Below are positions 1-14,164 of a stretch of DNA of 64,000 nucleotides, piece by piece. A program made the translations under genes and the position numbers. Numbering within the stretch: position 1 is the first letter of the stretch; every line of letters begins with the position of its first letter. Source of the stretch: Eledone cirrhosa (lineage: Eukaryota). The stretch covers positions 46,562,001 to 46,626,000 of the forward strand of contig OZ024745.1 in NCBI GenBank assembly GCA_964016885.1. Reading direction: 5' to 3'. The notes beneath the pieces are model-generated. The model was not told the origin of the DNA, searched no databases, and worked only from the letters and a program-made list of their open reading frames with translations.

Positions 1-164
1 ACAAGCCGGCAACTACAGTTGGCAACAATCTGGAAGTATTGGCAGGAAAGTGTCACTTGCTGTGTAGTTAGTTACTATGGTGATATCTATCTGTCTTTCA
101 CACAGTCTCTCTGTCACATTTCATTTCTCTATTGTCTATTGTCTCTATCACACTTTATGGTTAC

Positions 165-500
165 AGGCATGGCAGCGGGGTTAAGAAGTTTGATTCACAA
201 TCTGGAGGTCACTGGATCAATCCCACTATGTGGAGTTTGAGGAATTAATTGTCTTTGTCTTAGCCTTTAGATTGACCCAAACCTTGAGTGAAATTAGGTA
301 GACAGAAACTGTGGGGAAGCCCATTGGATGAATTATACCAATGATTCAATGGTTCAACTTTGTTACATTCAGTGCCATGCTGATTCGACTTGGGAATTAT
401 GTTAATGGTACTTGTATCTGTGGAATACTTGGCCACTTATACATGAATTCACAAATCAGGTGCTCAGTTGGTCTAACAACTGAATGCTCATTGTCAAAAC
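165..500 (+). mobile_element. Old degenerate tRNA-derived SINE / interspersed repeat
   Basis: tRNA-like head (GGCATGGCAGCGGGGTTAAGAAG...GGATCAATCCCACT). The body GAATTATGTTAATGGTAC...TCTGTGGAATACT recurs at ~57440-57590 and ~62150-62290, and inverted at ~12980-13090. Confidence 0.55.
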
Positions 501-3034
501 TAAGGGGGGCTCCCACCACACTTTCACTTCAAATCACCAGCAGTTTAATTGCATTGAAGGCCTCTAGTTCGGCTCATCAGACTCAATAATCATCCTCAGT
601 GACTTCAATGTAGACAACTCTTCTTGGTTATTGCAGTCCTTTTGCACTGACATTCTTGGCACATCTGGTTGGGGCCTACTACCAGAAGGGCCTAGATTTT
701 ACATTTGGTCTGTGTATATTACCAACTTTGCATGAACCTGTTCCTACAATCTCACTTCTAATCAGAATCTACTCATAATTCACCAGAATAAAGTTTGTCT
801 TTTTGTAATGGAAAAATTCCAATATTTGAAGAAAAACCTTTTCATCAGTAAATTTGATTGAATGTACTTCAGTTTAATTCTTTGTAATATTTCAAAATTA
901 GAGTTTTACAATAATGAATAGGATACTTCAAATATGATTTTAAAAAAAATATTGTTATTGCATAAAATCTATTTTCCTTTTTTTTTTTCTAAACATGTTT
1001 TATAAAATTTTCTAAATTTGGATCGATATTTTTCAGCATATGAAAATGTTATATGGCATTACAGTCACAATATATATAAAAATTCAGGTATTTCAGTATG
1101 TTCTTAGAACTAGTCTTTAACTTTTAAAAAATACTTTGATAAATGTATTAATTCTATTTAAAAAATATACACAGATTTGAAATGCTAACACAACACCATC
1201 AGTTGAACAGCACATCTTAGCTACACCACTTAGACCAGATAGCAAATGCTTTGTCACAAAGAACAGCTAGTGATATCTCCTGCATTTATTTAATTGTAAG
1301 CGTTCTTTAAAGCATTAACCATTCTATTAACTCTTAACATCCTCTACCATAGGAAAACACAGCAGCAAAATATTCTTCACAAGTAAAAAACAACAATGAA
1401 CCCTCTAACCTAAGAGAGATAGTTCTAATTATTACGTAAAATAATTAACAACCATTCACACAGAACATTATTTTTTAACATGATTGTTACATTAAATAGT
1501 AATGTCTTTAGTCTAATACTACAGATTTTTACAATGATCTGTTTACAAGCAGAAATACTGTAAGCATTAACAAACCCATTTTTAGATATTTTCTAATTAT
1601 GGGATATTAAGTGGAAGTATTACCTATTTCTTAACCAAGAAATAGAAGAAAAATAAAATGAATTACTTAAAACTACAATGTGGTGTCTAGAGCAAAGTTT
1701 TGGCCCATTTCCTTTGGGTCCTTAGGATTTCTCCGAAAATATTTCCTTGGCTTTTTCTTTAAAAATTTGAAAGAATTTTGGTCAAAAATCCTATTGAGAA
1801 TTTATTTCAAAATATTTTAAAAAATTCAATTTAAAGTTTAGATGCATTTTTATTTTATTAGTTAATGATATTCTTTTATTTATTTAATATTTTTTCCATT
1901 ATTTCAAAAAATTACTGATGAGGTTTAAAGAATTTTGGTAAAAATTATATCAGAAAAAAATGTATTAAAAATTTCTGAAAAATTTTTGCAAAAATGTTTT
2001 CAGAGAAATAATTTTGTTAAAATGTTCACTCAGATGTTTGTTTAAAACTTTAAGGGAAATTTGTTGCACATTTTAAGCTAATGAAAACATCAAAACATTG
2101 TGGTTTTCTCAAGCTTGAACAATGATGTACCATGGACTTCATGAGAGCATTGTCCAGATGTCTGCTATAAATTGTTATCTCTACTTGTTTCTGTATTAAA
2201 CGGTCTTCTTTAGATTCCTTTCAAAATTCCATAAATTTACATTGGGTTGAGACCAACAAAAACAGTGAAAAATGGATGAAAGTTGTTTAGCTCTAAGTCT
2301 GCTCTGATGAAGCAGATCCATAATCAAGATTATTCCAGCTGTAACCAGCTTCTTTTTCTCTTTTTTTTCTCAAACATAATACATTAGTCCTTCTTTAAGA
2401 CAGTTTAATGTGATTTGAGGATGATGTGGCTGTTATTTCTAGCAGATCAAGTGATTACAGAAAGACTTAATTTGTTTTATTGGCTTGCAGTGCTGAATTC
2501 AAATTCTATGATGAAATTATGAATAACTAAATAACAAGTTTGCTATCCAAAGAAATATTTCATTAATGAAATTGGAAATATGCTGATTTATACTCCATTA
2601 CTGGAATTGTTTTTGTTTTATTATTTATAATATATTATATATTTTTCCTCTGTGAATGGAATAACCTAAGACTGAATCCTGTAAGGCTGATAATACTATT
2701 AATTCATTATACATATCAATCTTACCTATCCAGAACTGCAGCTTTCTTGAACTTCTCTAATCTAATCTCCTGTCCCTCCAAATACTGACCCACAGAAATT
2801 CAAGCTGAATTGCCACCCAAGTCAACTTCACCAAAATGAGAGGGTCAGTAAGAGATATGGACAGTGTCCTTCTTCCTCAGATATTGGCAGAGTTGTTAAA
2901 GCATAGGAAAAATACTTTGTGGTATTTGTTTCCAGCTCCTTGTATTCTGAATTCTTAAATGACAGACTAAATCTGTGACTCAGTTTAACACAACACCCTG
3001 GTCTTGGGTGCCTTCAATAAAAATCATTCTGTTG

Positions 3035-3200
3035 CAAGCATGGCTTAGTGGTTAGAGCATTGGGCTTGCAATCGAAAGGTTGTGAGTTCAATTCTTGGAC
3101 CAGGTGATGTGTTGTTTCCTTGAGCAAGACACTTTATTTCATGTTGCTCCAGTTTATTCAGCTGTAGAAACGAAATGATAGGAACTGGGGTCTATCATTA
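3035..3200 (+). mobile_element. SINE family A (tRNA head + Nin/Deu-like core), 3'-truncated
   Basis: Closely matches the 5' half of the full copies at 24288, 37502 and 44097 (TGGCTTAGTGGTTAGAGCA A-box; GAGTTCAATTC B-box). Confidence 0.8.
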
Positions 3201-3271
3201 AATTACTCAAGACACCTCCAACGAGATATACCTTGGAAGAGGCCAGCTAAACCTGCATAGGTGTGAGCTGT

Positions 3272-3306
<35 letters not shown>

Positions 3307-3380
3307 TTCAGCTAGGTCTCTCTCTGGTTTAAGGATAACTTCCTCCCTTTTTCTTACTAATCATGGGACATCTAAGAAAA

Positions 3381-3570
3381 TAAAGTCATGGACACTACTT
3401 CTTACTCAGATTAATGTCATCAGTATTGTCTCCCTCTCTAACTAAAGTCATGAGTACTCTCTCCCTCTCTAACTAAAGTCATGGGCATTGTCTCCCGCTT
3501 TGACTAAATTCATCATCACAGCTTCCCTCTCTGAGTAAAGTTATGTGTACTACTTCCCTCTTTGACTAAT
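3381..3570. repeat. 31-bp minisatellite, about 6 degenerate units
   Basis: TAAAGTCATG-like motif at 3381, 3412, 3443 and 3474 (period 31); unit approximately TAAAGTCATGAGTACTCTCTCCCTCTCTAAC. Confidence 0.8.
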
Positions 3571-4249
3571 TAGTAAATAAAAAATCTAACTGATATTTGC
3601 ATTTTTTTGTTTGTTGTGGTTTTGCTTGTTCTTCTTTGGTTCAGTGAAAGAGTTGATAGCTCCTCTCATTTGTAATGCTTTCTCCAATTTTCCAACAGAA
3701 TATAAAAAAAAAAAAGAAACATTTTTTTTTAATATCCTACAAGGTCAAATTGCTATTAAGAAAATGTCTGGATGGAAATAATAGTTTTTATATTATTGTC
3801 AAAAAAGTGGTACAATTCAACCCTACCCCATTCCCTGAATAAAAAGATACAAAAAAAGTAATTGATAAAGGAAGGAATCATAATTTTTTTTAATGATCAT
3901 ATTTGTTTGATGGTAGTACAAATTTGATTGTTTCCATGTAATTATATATATTTGCTTATCTTTCTTTATTCATAATCACCCACACAATCATGAAGTGGAA
4001 GTGGCAACCATTTTCTGCCAAAATGACTGACACATTAAGAGTTATGTGTTTTGCCTAAGGTATGGTTTGAAATTAGTGTCTTCCAGCCAAGAGTCAGGTA
4101 GTTACATCTCTCAGATAGTGTTTAGGAAGACTATAAAAGCAAGTGAAGTTGTATAAACAAAGAACAGCCTTTTTCACTGTCTAGTGTATCTGTGTAATCT
4201 TAATTTACACATGGCTAAAATCTATAAGTTTATCCTATAGTATACTATA

Positions 4250-4410
4250 GGCGGCAAATTGACAGAGTCGTTATGACGTCAGATAGAATGTTTTGCGATA
4301 TTCATTCCAATTCTTTGGTCTCTAAGTTCAAATCCCGCAGAGGTCAACTTTGCTTTTCCCTCTTTCAAAGGTTGATAAAAAAGTACCTGTCTAGTACTGG
4401 GGTCGATTCC
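4250..4410 (+). mobile_element. SINE family B (octopus OK/OR-like tRNA-derived SINE), degenerate
   Basis: GTTCAAATCCCGCAGAGGTCAACTTTGC...GATAAAA..GTACC..TAGTACTGGGGTCGATT, shared with 11361 and 63530. Confidence 0.7.
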
Positions 4411-5929
4411 TCTCTCTCACTTTCTATTCTTCTCTAGAAGAAATCTGCTGAGAGGGATAGGATTCGCCAGGTTTAAAAAGTCCTAGAAACACTGTATGTC
4501 ACAATGGCACTCCTTCAAGTCTCTCAAGAGTTATGGGACCATGCTATGCATGGAATACTATAATAGCAATTTCTAATTTTGACACACGGTAACAAATTTG
4601 GGTTGAGGAGAACTATTGGTTAAATCAATCCCAGTACTTGACTGATACTTCATTGATCTAGGAAGGGTGGAAGGCCAAACTGACTTCAGCAGGATTTGAA
4701 CTCAGAATATAAAGAGCTGGAACAAATGCCACAAAGTATTTTCCCAATCCACCACTTTATAATATACTATAGCAGTGTGATCAGTATTTGAGAATGCTCT
4801 TTTAATGGTTAAAAAATAACGATGTCTTAAAATTGGTTTTTACAATTAAGAAACCTTGATTAAATATAAATTTAATAATTCAAACTCAAACTCAATTATT
4901 TTACAAAATCTTTTATTCAAAAGTCTTCATCAAAATCATGAACTTTGAGAGATATTCAAGATATAAAAATAGCACATGTTAATTAAACTTGGACATATTA
5001 GAATGTAATTAATTAGCTGGTATTAATTAAACTTGGAAGCATAAGAATGTAATTAATTAATGTAAACCACCTCCAATGTAATTAATTAATATAAAACTCT
5101 TCAGTCATATTAATGATCTTAGTGTGGTGCCATAATAAAATGCAACTAGTACACTCTGTAAGGTGGTTAGTGTTAAGAAAGGCATCCAGCTAAAGATACC
5201 ATGCCAAAACTGGAACATAAGGAAGTCATAGCCCCTGACCATTTTAGGAGGGCTGTAGTTCCAATTAAGTACAGACTTGGTCAGTAGCAACCTATCAAAC
5301 CCATGTTTACATGTAAAAACAAACATAAAATGATGATGATGATGATGATAAATTGTTCTGTGCAAACTCCTGATTAGCTACCAGTTAGGCGGACATACAA
5401 GCCAAATAAACTTCATCCTCATCAGGAATCTAGACAAGCAATTGGACGTAAATACCAAGTTCTTCCCTGGAGAGGAATGTACCGCCCAATATATATTAGT
5501 TGTCAGAGGCCTTAGAGTAAGGACTAGGTGGACCAAGCAACAAGATTATAAATATAGGGTTTAAAAAGTTACATAAAAATGAGGGAAAAGTCAAGGATAT
5601 TATATAATAGACTCATTCAAATTTGATAAAACATGAAATATTTATAAAATTATCATAACAAATGCAATAATAAATACAAGGCTTGGTAAAAAGCATGTAT
5701 AAAACATTCAGGGTTATCCACAGCCACACACATACACACGAGTGGGAACTGACTAAGTTGAGTAAGTATCCCACATTTCTCCACACCTATTTGGCATTAT
5801 GTACTTTCCAGGGCTGAGTAAAATCCCCTGTATATATTTTTTGGTGGATTCATCAATAAAACAATATATCTTTTGGACAAAAAAAGTACTTTCATTATTT
5901 CAATACTTCTTTTCTTGTTAGAAGTAAAA

Positions 5930-6290
5930 ATTTGCCATCCAGGATCTCTTGTATGGTAATGAGACATGGGCAGTAAATGTAAAGGATATGTGGAGATGGG
6001 AGAGAAATGAAGCAAGCATGCTCCATTGGATGAGTACATGAACAATGGAGCATGGATGAACTGAGAGAAAAGCTGGTTACATGAGGAATCAGATGTAGTG
6101 TGCAAGAGAGAAAACTGAACTGGTATGGACATATGACGTATATAGATAATGAACACTGGGTGAAAAAGTGCCAGGAGATGCCAGTGGAAGGAAGCTGCAG
6201 TAGAGGAAGACCAAGAAAAACCCAGGCAGAGGTAGTTAGAGCTGATCTCAAAACACTGAACCACACAGCGGAGATAATAAAAGAACATGA
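5930..6290 (+). mobile_element. RTE-clade LINE 3' fragment with (TGA)n-rich tail
   Basis: ORF 6100-6456 has QERKLNWYGHM...CSRGRPRKT, the RTE ORF C-terminal motifs also seen in the 22225 and 32338 ORFs. Confidence 0.8.
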
Positions 6291-8285
6291 TGATGACAGT
6301 GTTGATGATGATGATGGTGGCGGTAGTGATGACGGCGGTGGTGGTGATGATGATGATGATGGTGATGATTCACATATAGCATGGGTTTGTTTCCTCAATT
6401 CATACAGTTTCCTAAGCAGACCAGTGCTGTTGGGTCTAACAAATAATTGTGGTTAACTAGAATCATTGTAAATAATTCCTTGTTGATGACCTTACAAACT
6501 AATCTTAGAATAAAGGTGTGACAGAATTATGTTTCTGACCTTTTAGGAACATAGCTGCTAATTGGAACGAAATATATTGCCAATATTATTTTTTATAATA
6601 TTGAATTTTTTTTTCCAGCTTCATTAATCCTTCCTCTAATTAAATTCCCTCCTTCATGTTCCCAAAAATTATTATTTGATAGCAAGTTTGGTGTATTTAA
6701 ATAAATTCTTTACTATGCCATCTTCTGAAAGCAACTCATGTATAACCAAGCAAAATAACACAAAAAAATCCTGGAATCTGCTTAAAAATAGTTTTCTAAT
6801 TTTTTTTTTAACATAAAATAAAATTTGGTTACCCGGAACAATACAAGCAGGACAATAAAGAAACGAAAATAGTATAGCTAACTATTTCTCGTATTTCTAA
6901 ACGAATCTGTGATTTGAAAGTGATAGAAGACTAAAAATATATAACAATTTTCAACTCTATTGTATAATCCATTATTTTACATCAGTGCCTTTATTACTAT
7001 CCATTTGGAAGACTGAGTATTTCTGTTCTGTTATAATCTAATCTAAAATGTATTATATTATAAAACAGTAAATATGGTAGTTTTAGTGAAAATACATTAT
7101 GTAGTTATTTTCAAATTTTGTTGAAAGGTATAACTCGAGGAAATAACCGAAATCACATTTTTTTTATAGACTTACTGCTAATTATTTTTTCTTGTGTTGT
7201 GTGTCCACCTTTTATAACATAGTTCAGTCTCTGTCAGGTCTTTTTAAAATAAAATGCTAAGTACATTACAGTGCATCACAAATAAACTAAATTTAATCTA
7301 TACAGAATTTGCATTTAGAAATGTGATCTATCAAAGTAACTTTAATACAAATGAAACATGTTGATTAATATTCATATAACTAAGGTATATTGTTGTTGCC
7401 ATGACTAAAACCCATGCAGGCTTTGCTGGACTTTTATGAGGTTACATCATGTAGGAGGTTTTTTTAGTGCTTTAAGCCTTTCATTACTATATTTCTAATG
7501 AAAGAGACTGCTTACAATTTTCAAATTATTTGGAAAATAATCAACAATTTGGAAGGATTTACTAATATAACTTTTTTTTATTAAGCTGGTGTTTGGAAGA
7601 TACTTTAACAAAGGTTATTAAATATAATTATGATGGAAGGTTTTTTAATAAATACAAACACTTTAAAACAAAGTGTTTTGTATTATAGAATCAGAAGTGA
7701 TCAAACTTGGGATTAATGATAGGAGCCCTAGTTCTATCATTATATAAGGTATATTACAAAAAACATGAATAAGATGATAAATGTATATAGGTGTATGAGA
7801 ACTAGAAAAATAACATGTATATCTTGAGACTTCAGGCACATCTTAATAGACTTCATAGTTCTGAATTTTAGTCATGTTAGTGTTCATAGATCGAACACTG
7901 ATCAATAAAATAAATACCAGTAATATGCTTGATTAAAAATCGAATATGTAAATTCATCCAAATTCATCTCCCCCTGTTCTTCTGATTGTCTAGTTTATAA
8001 ACATTAATTTTATTTCTAAATATATATTTATTGGTATATTAATTCCTACTGTACAGTTATATGAGTCGAAAATCAAAAACACACACCTATACTATGTTGG
8101 AAAACTGCCATATTAAAAATAGAATTTTGGGGAATGGAAGATACTTATTTCATTCAACCAAACTTTGAATGAGAAAAGAGCAAAACAGAACAAATTATAT
8201 TACTCTGTGTTCAGTTTACTTGCTCAATGTTAATGATATAAACTTATAAATGTATTAGACTACCATAAACTATATGGCCATGATA

Positions 8286-8489
8286 TTACATAAGAACTAC
8301 CATTTTCCTTATCTGGCTGATTTCTTTACGCAGTACCTGTTCCATAAGCAAACATTTGCCATCCATTATTTTATCCATGTTGCTAAGTCCTTCATGAACA
8401 GCCAAAAATCCACCTCGGCACTCTTGTTTCCAATGATCCAAGTTCTTCTGAAGTTGCTTAGAGGCAGTGTTTAATTGATCTTTCATAGA
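8286..8489 (-). CDS. Terminal coding exon of a host gene, probable coiled-coil protein (SMKDQLNTASKQLQKNLDHWKQECRGGFLAVHEGLSNMDKIMDGKCLLMEQVLRKEISQIRKMVVLM*)
   Basis: Pyrimidine-rich acceptor (ttttgtccatacctcttcag) in phase 0, then 68 codons ending in TAA. Helical composition with no TE motif. AATAAA lies downstream on the minus strand (~8009-8014, 8027-8032). Confidence 0.75.
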   Translation of the reverse strand, partial: SMKDQLNTASKQLQKNLDHWKQECRGGFLAVHEGLSNMDKIMDGKCLLMEQVLRKEISQIRKMVVLM

Positions 8490-10554
8490 CTGAAGAGGTA
8501 TGGACAAAAACAAAATGTTGTTTTCATAAGTCTGATTTATATCAATATTTTAATTTTTTTAAAATTTTTATGTAAACATTATTTCTAACATAGATTAGAC
8601 TTGTCAATCCATGAGTTTTTAGACCACAAATCATTAACAGTATATAGATGTATAATAAAAAAAGCTGCAGTATCACTATATGCTACATCTTAGGATTTAT
8701 ATATCTCTGTTCTAGAAACTTATTCAAAACAACAATTATAATAATGATTTCTACTTTACGGCTGAAGGGAGGGTAGCACAAAAGTCAATTAAACCAACCT
8801 CAGTACTTGACAGGTACTTTATTTTATCAACCTCAGTAGGATGAAAGGGGTAGGGGCTCCAGAACATTCTGGGTGTGTACTCTTTCACAAGGATATATTT
8901 GGGGGCCTTTTGTTTTTATAAACTCTATTTTTTAAATCTGGGGACGCACCAATCTAAAGTAGGAGTAGAATGTCATCCAGTGTAATCACCCATCTCAATA
9001 TACCTTGTCAACAGACCCAGATGCCAGTAGAATATAATCTAGTACTTCAATTACCAAAAAGGTAACAAACACTTTACTTATTATTTCATCATTTACACAT
9101 CATTTTAAAGAAGTTGGAGGTAAACAATGATATTTCTGAGTCATGATGTGTGCTACAACAGTCGATTATAGTGAGAAAGGGTTGACAGGCCAATCAGCTT
9201 CACTCATGTGAAACAAACCCATTTGGTTCCTGCCATTGGTGAAAAGCAAGGACAACTGAAGAAGCCTCATGATAAAATATTGTTTGTGTCTTTCTACAAA
9301 ACCCATGTTGTATTAAGCTTTTTTGCATCCTCGCTCACATTCACATGGAAAAATTTTCCACTGCACACCTGTGTAGTAAATATTCAAAAGCATACCAAAA
9401 ATGTTGGTAAAAGTTTGTTACTGGTTTGTTATTCCCGTTTAGCCTCCTGTTTTTTTTTTGTTGTCTTTTTTAGATAGGTTCTCTGCATATCTCCTTTGAA
9501 TATTTTTTTCAAGTAACATATGTTGAAATATCTTCTTAATACTCAAAATTCTATAGTATCTACCAACATTTCTAATCATCCACCATTTTCAGTCCAGTTG
9601 CTCACGGCTCAACCAACAGTTATAATCACCAACAGGTGGCCGATATCGCCCAGGTTGGGAAACCCTGGGTTAAACTGACTCAATTTAGACTCATGGCTAC
9701 TCTCATTTGGTTTAGCCTGTCAAATGATGCATCACAGCAAGCTAAGAATGCATTGCATAATACAGATGCATGAATGCATAATAATCATAAAATTGTAATG
9801 ATGATCATAAGATTAAAACAGTATCTACAAGACCACAACAGTAACTTTAAAAAATAAGGTTAAAGTCGGTCTCAAGAATGGAGACACATCAGGTTCTAGT
9901 TCATCCTGGTTTCATTGGCATTAAGTGACTGAGTATAAGACACTCCCCTGGTCCATTACAGGTTTAACTCTCAGTAGCTGCTACTGATGGTACTCATTTT
10001 CTGCTGAATAGACTGGTGTAATGTAAAGTGAAATATTTTGCTAAAGAACGCATGCCACTCAGTCCAGAAATCAAACCCATGACATTGCAATTATGAGCCC
10101 AACACCCTAACCATAAGGTTGTGTGCCACAGTAACTGTATGTATGGACCTAAAACTTCCAATGAAGTCATTGGAGCCCTGTAATGAAATGTATTTCTTGG
10201 GCATTTTAAACCTGGCAGAGCCCACCCCCTCAATAAGTCTGAACATAGTTGATTTCTTCTGGAGAGTGAGACTGAGAGAGGAAGTGAGAAAGAGATATGG
10301 AGGAAGAATCGACCCCAGTTCTGAACTGGTACTTTGTTTATTGACCTTGAAAGGATGAAAGGTAAAGTTGATTTCAGTGGGATTGGAACTTAGAGAGCAG
10401 AGAGTGCTGGAATGAATAACTGCCAGTTTACAGCACTTAACACAGTAATTACCTGATGGCAAAAAAGAGGAACATAATAACAACCAATGAGACACTATCA
10501 AAGAAACCAATACAGTAACTGAACTGAGTTAAAATTACCCACATGCTTAAATAC

Positions 10555-10653
10555 TTCCACTGATTTCTGATTGTTCTTTAACTTTGTTTCCAAGTCTTCC
10601 AATCGTAGTTCAATTATTTGTTGTTTTTCAATCCATTTTTCTTCAATTGTGTT
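10555..10653 (-). CDS. Internal coding exon of the same gene (NTIEEKWIEKQQIIELRLEDLETKLKNNQKSVE)
   Basis: Strong acceptor ttttcattttactttttccag and an open phase-0 frame with heptad-like L/I spacing. Donor GAA|gtattt joins in frame to exon 8489. The alternative donor G|gtaatt at 10539 would need an extra exon. Confidence 0.65.
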
Positions 10654-10696
10654 CTGGAAAAAGTAAAATGAAAACATTAATTAATGCTGGATATTT

Positions 10697-10900
10697 AACT
10701 CTTAACATACTGCAATGATTTAGCAGAACATATCTAAAAATGAATTTGTAAATTCAAATGTTTATAGTATCTTTGCAGGTGGACAGATTGTTGTAAAAAA
10801 ATTGGATTATTAAAGTACTTTAATTTTAAATGAGACCCAGTCTTAGTGTTGTTTTGTACTTTTGAAAAATATCTTGCTAATGCGATTTCATGCGGTACAT
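10697..10900 (+). mobile_element. Unclassified ~200-bp interspersed repeat (MITE-like)
   Basis: TAACTCTTAACAT...TCAAATGTTTATAGTATCTTT...TCTTGCTAA...TTTCATG recurs at 12717-12925 and 38434-38635, inverted at ~1360-1600, and partially at ~60000-60034. Confidence 0.65.
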
Positions 10901-11360
10901 CCTCCTCCTCCCCCTTTGGAGGAACCCCATTTCAGCCATTTGTATTTGTGATCATATTCTTTGACCATAGGTAAAAGTTAGCACAAATACCAAAGTTTAG
11001 AATTTGAGAAAAAATTAAACTCAAATGCTTGATAATTTTCAAAATTATTTGAAAATCATAGGCAGTGTCTTTCATTTGAAACATGGTAACAAAATGTTAA
11101 ATACTACTATAACATTTTAAACAAACTTTTTTTCTCCAAAATAAGGGCACATCTAATACACAAGTGCATCTTATAACCTACAATATGGTAAATACCTTAC
11201 AGAATTTAGTTATGTCCCATTAAATTCCATGTTCAGAATCCCACTGGGATTTTACTTTAACATTCATTCCTCCAGGGTCAATAAAATAAGTACCATATAT
11301 ATTATACTCAGATGGTTGACTGGTGCCAGTATGAGAATTCATTATTATTACAGTGATGAA

Positions 11361-11546
11361 GGGCGGTGAATTGGCAGTATCGGTAGAGGGTTGGACGCCA
11401 TGCTTTCTAGCATAGTTACGTCCCTTTACAGTCTGAGTTCAAATCCCGCCGAGGTTAACTTTGCCTTTCATCCTTACGGGGTCGATAAAATAAAGTACCA
11501 GTAATGTACTGGGTAATTGTTGGCCTTGTGCCTAAAGTAGAAACAA
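11361..11546 (+). mobile_element. SINE family B, full-length copy with target-site duplication
   Basis: tRNA-like A/B boxes; flanked by TTATTAYACAGTGATGAA on both sides (~11342-11360 and ~11547-11565); near-identical to 19872-20060(-) and 63525-63710. Confidence 0.85.
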
Positions 11547-14164
11547 TTATTATCACAGTGATGAATTCAGTGGATTGGCAGTATCGGTTCTATGAAATAA
11601 AATCTCCCATTTTAAAGGGTAGTAGCTATTTAAAGTAAAATCTTCCAACAAAATTTTATATAAGAACCATAACAGAAAATGTTCCACTGTCACTTCTCTC
11701 TCACTCTATCTTTTCCCAGCCTCATTTTGTCCTCCTCTGTCTCTTGCACCTCTCCAAGATGCATTTTACAGTTTATTTTGGTTTCTATGGCTTTTCTCTA
11801 TTACAATTTCTGAACATACACACACAAAGTAAACTAAATATTTGATATACATATAAAAGACAGCAATTGTTGCAGACTCAAGTGGTATGAAGGTAGAAAG
11901 CCTGCAGCTATAATCCACTTTTGGAGATAGGAAGACCTGTGAGGTGTTAGATCGATATTATCAGGTTTGCAGAAAGAAAAATTTACATTTATAAAATGGT
12001 TTTAATATACAAGAAAGGACACATTATGAAAAAGTCAGCATTTACATGTTTTGCCTACAGGCCATAAAAGTAGTATGCAAAATAATGTTAATAATGAAAA
12101 TACCATTGGCAGTTGAAACTAACTTTTTATTTTTAGTTCCTTATTTTAGTTCAATATTATAGTATATTGTGTTCTGTGTAACAAAATAGCTGGCAATGAT
12201 AACTACATCTGGCAATAACAGAAAACTCAACTCTATTTTAAAAATATCCTTTAAAAGAAAAAGAAAATGAAAAAAAAGGAGAAAAGACGAATATAAATAA
12301 ATACCAAACAAATTCAAATATATTATTTCCTTTAACCATGAATTCGCCTGTCTGGAATTATGCCAAATTCCACAAAACAGACAAATCTTACCAACAGATT
12401 AAGAAGAATTGTTTATTTTAATTGTCTAATATAAATTTAAAATGTATCATTAAGTATTTTTACCTTTTGTTTTGTACATCAAATAGTCAAATTTCTTGAA
12501 ACTGAAATCGAAGATTTGCTAGTTGTTTTTTTAATTGTATTCAGAGTTGTTAGAAGATCATATAAATGCTTAGCAGTATTTGTTCCACATCTTTACTTTC
12601 TGGGTTCAAATCCTACCTAGGTCAACTTTGCCTTTCAACCTTCCAGGGTCGATAAAATAAAGGACCAGTCAAGTACTGGCCCCAAAATACCTTGTGCCTA
12701 AATTAGAAACCATTATTAACTCTCAACATCTTGTAAGGATTTAGCAGCAAATGTTTAAAAATGGGTTTGTTCATTCAAATGTTTATAGTATCTTTACTGG
12801 TGAAGAGATAATCCTGAAAAATTTCACTAAACTAATGTAAAGACATTAATTTTTAATGCAATGTAGCCAGAGTGCTGTTTTGTACTTTTCAAGATTGTCT
12901 TGCTAAGGTGGTTTCATGTGGTACAAGAGTTCATATAAAATGTGTTTGATTTGCATTGGTCCCAATGACAAATGTTCCACTGTGTTCAATTAACAGAATG
13001 GCCTGCTTGTGAAATTAATATGCAAATGGCTGAGCATTCCACAGAGCGATGTTCCCTTAATGTAGTTTCAAAGGATATTTAGCATGACTCAGTCTGTGAC
13101 AAGACTGGCCCTTTGAATTTCAGGTACAACTCATGTTTTCCAGCTGAGTGGACTGGAGCAATGTAAAATAAAGTGTCTTGCTCAAAGACACAATGTGCTG
13201 CTAAATCAAACTCATCATCTTACAATTGTGAGACAAACTACTTAACCACTAAACCATGCACTTTCACTAATTTAAGACATGGCATTAAGTACTATAAAAC
13301 AAACTAGCAGTGTAACCCGGTGTTGCACGGGTATGAACATTGGTAATAGCACCTCCAATGAGAAACGTTTATTTGTGAGTGCCTGTTAAAAGGTCATGAA
13401 AATATACCGAGAGGAAAGTTGTTTTATTTGGAGAAAATTAAGAAGTTGAAAGTACAGTTTAGCTGTCTACGTGCATTGTTCATAGAAATATTGTTGAGCC
13501 CCTTCTTTTCATACTCCTCTATTTTGGCCTTTTGGAGTAAATGTGAAAGAGAAAGTCACAGGTTAAGTTGGCAGAAGGTTCCAGTGTCATAGCAGTAAGG
13601 CGTAGGCTACTTACCTCAAAAATTCATTTGCACTCTTTCCACTAAGTTACTCTTTCTCTCTATCCCTCTCGGTGCAGTCCCTTGCGAATTTCTCGCCTAG
13701 GCCTGGTGTAGATTTGCACCCGATCCATCTACCCGATGCACATGTCCGCTTTGTTCGGCTTTTGGTGGAAGGAGTGACCAGCAGTACATTGTTCGGTATT
13801 ATTACGAAAAGGTGTAGCAGAGAATCCCGCGTGAACTTACAGCTCGGGAGGAAACTGCTTATCTCGATGATTCATTCGCCATCGTTCTTGTTAACACTCC
13901 GTTTACTTGGTATTTGTTGGTCTACAGTTAGATGAATGTCGCACAAAGGGTTAATGTTTATTGGCAAAAAGCTTTTTGAATAATAAAAGACGGGTTAAAG
14001 TAATAATAATAATAATAATAATGAAATTATTGTGTAAAGTGCTCAGGTGCACTACAACTCGTCAAAGGTGCATATATAGTACATAGAATAATACACAAAT
14101 GTCAGGGAAGTGAATAGTGTATGAGTCATGATATACATGTGTGTATGTGTATGGAGGGAGAACA

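Noticed and set aside
5365-5430. CTGATGA on the minus strand with short inverted ends
   Set aside because: No correctly placed GAAA; only a short TCCTGAT/ATCAGGA inverted repeat.
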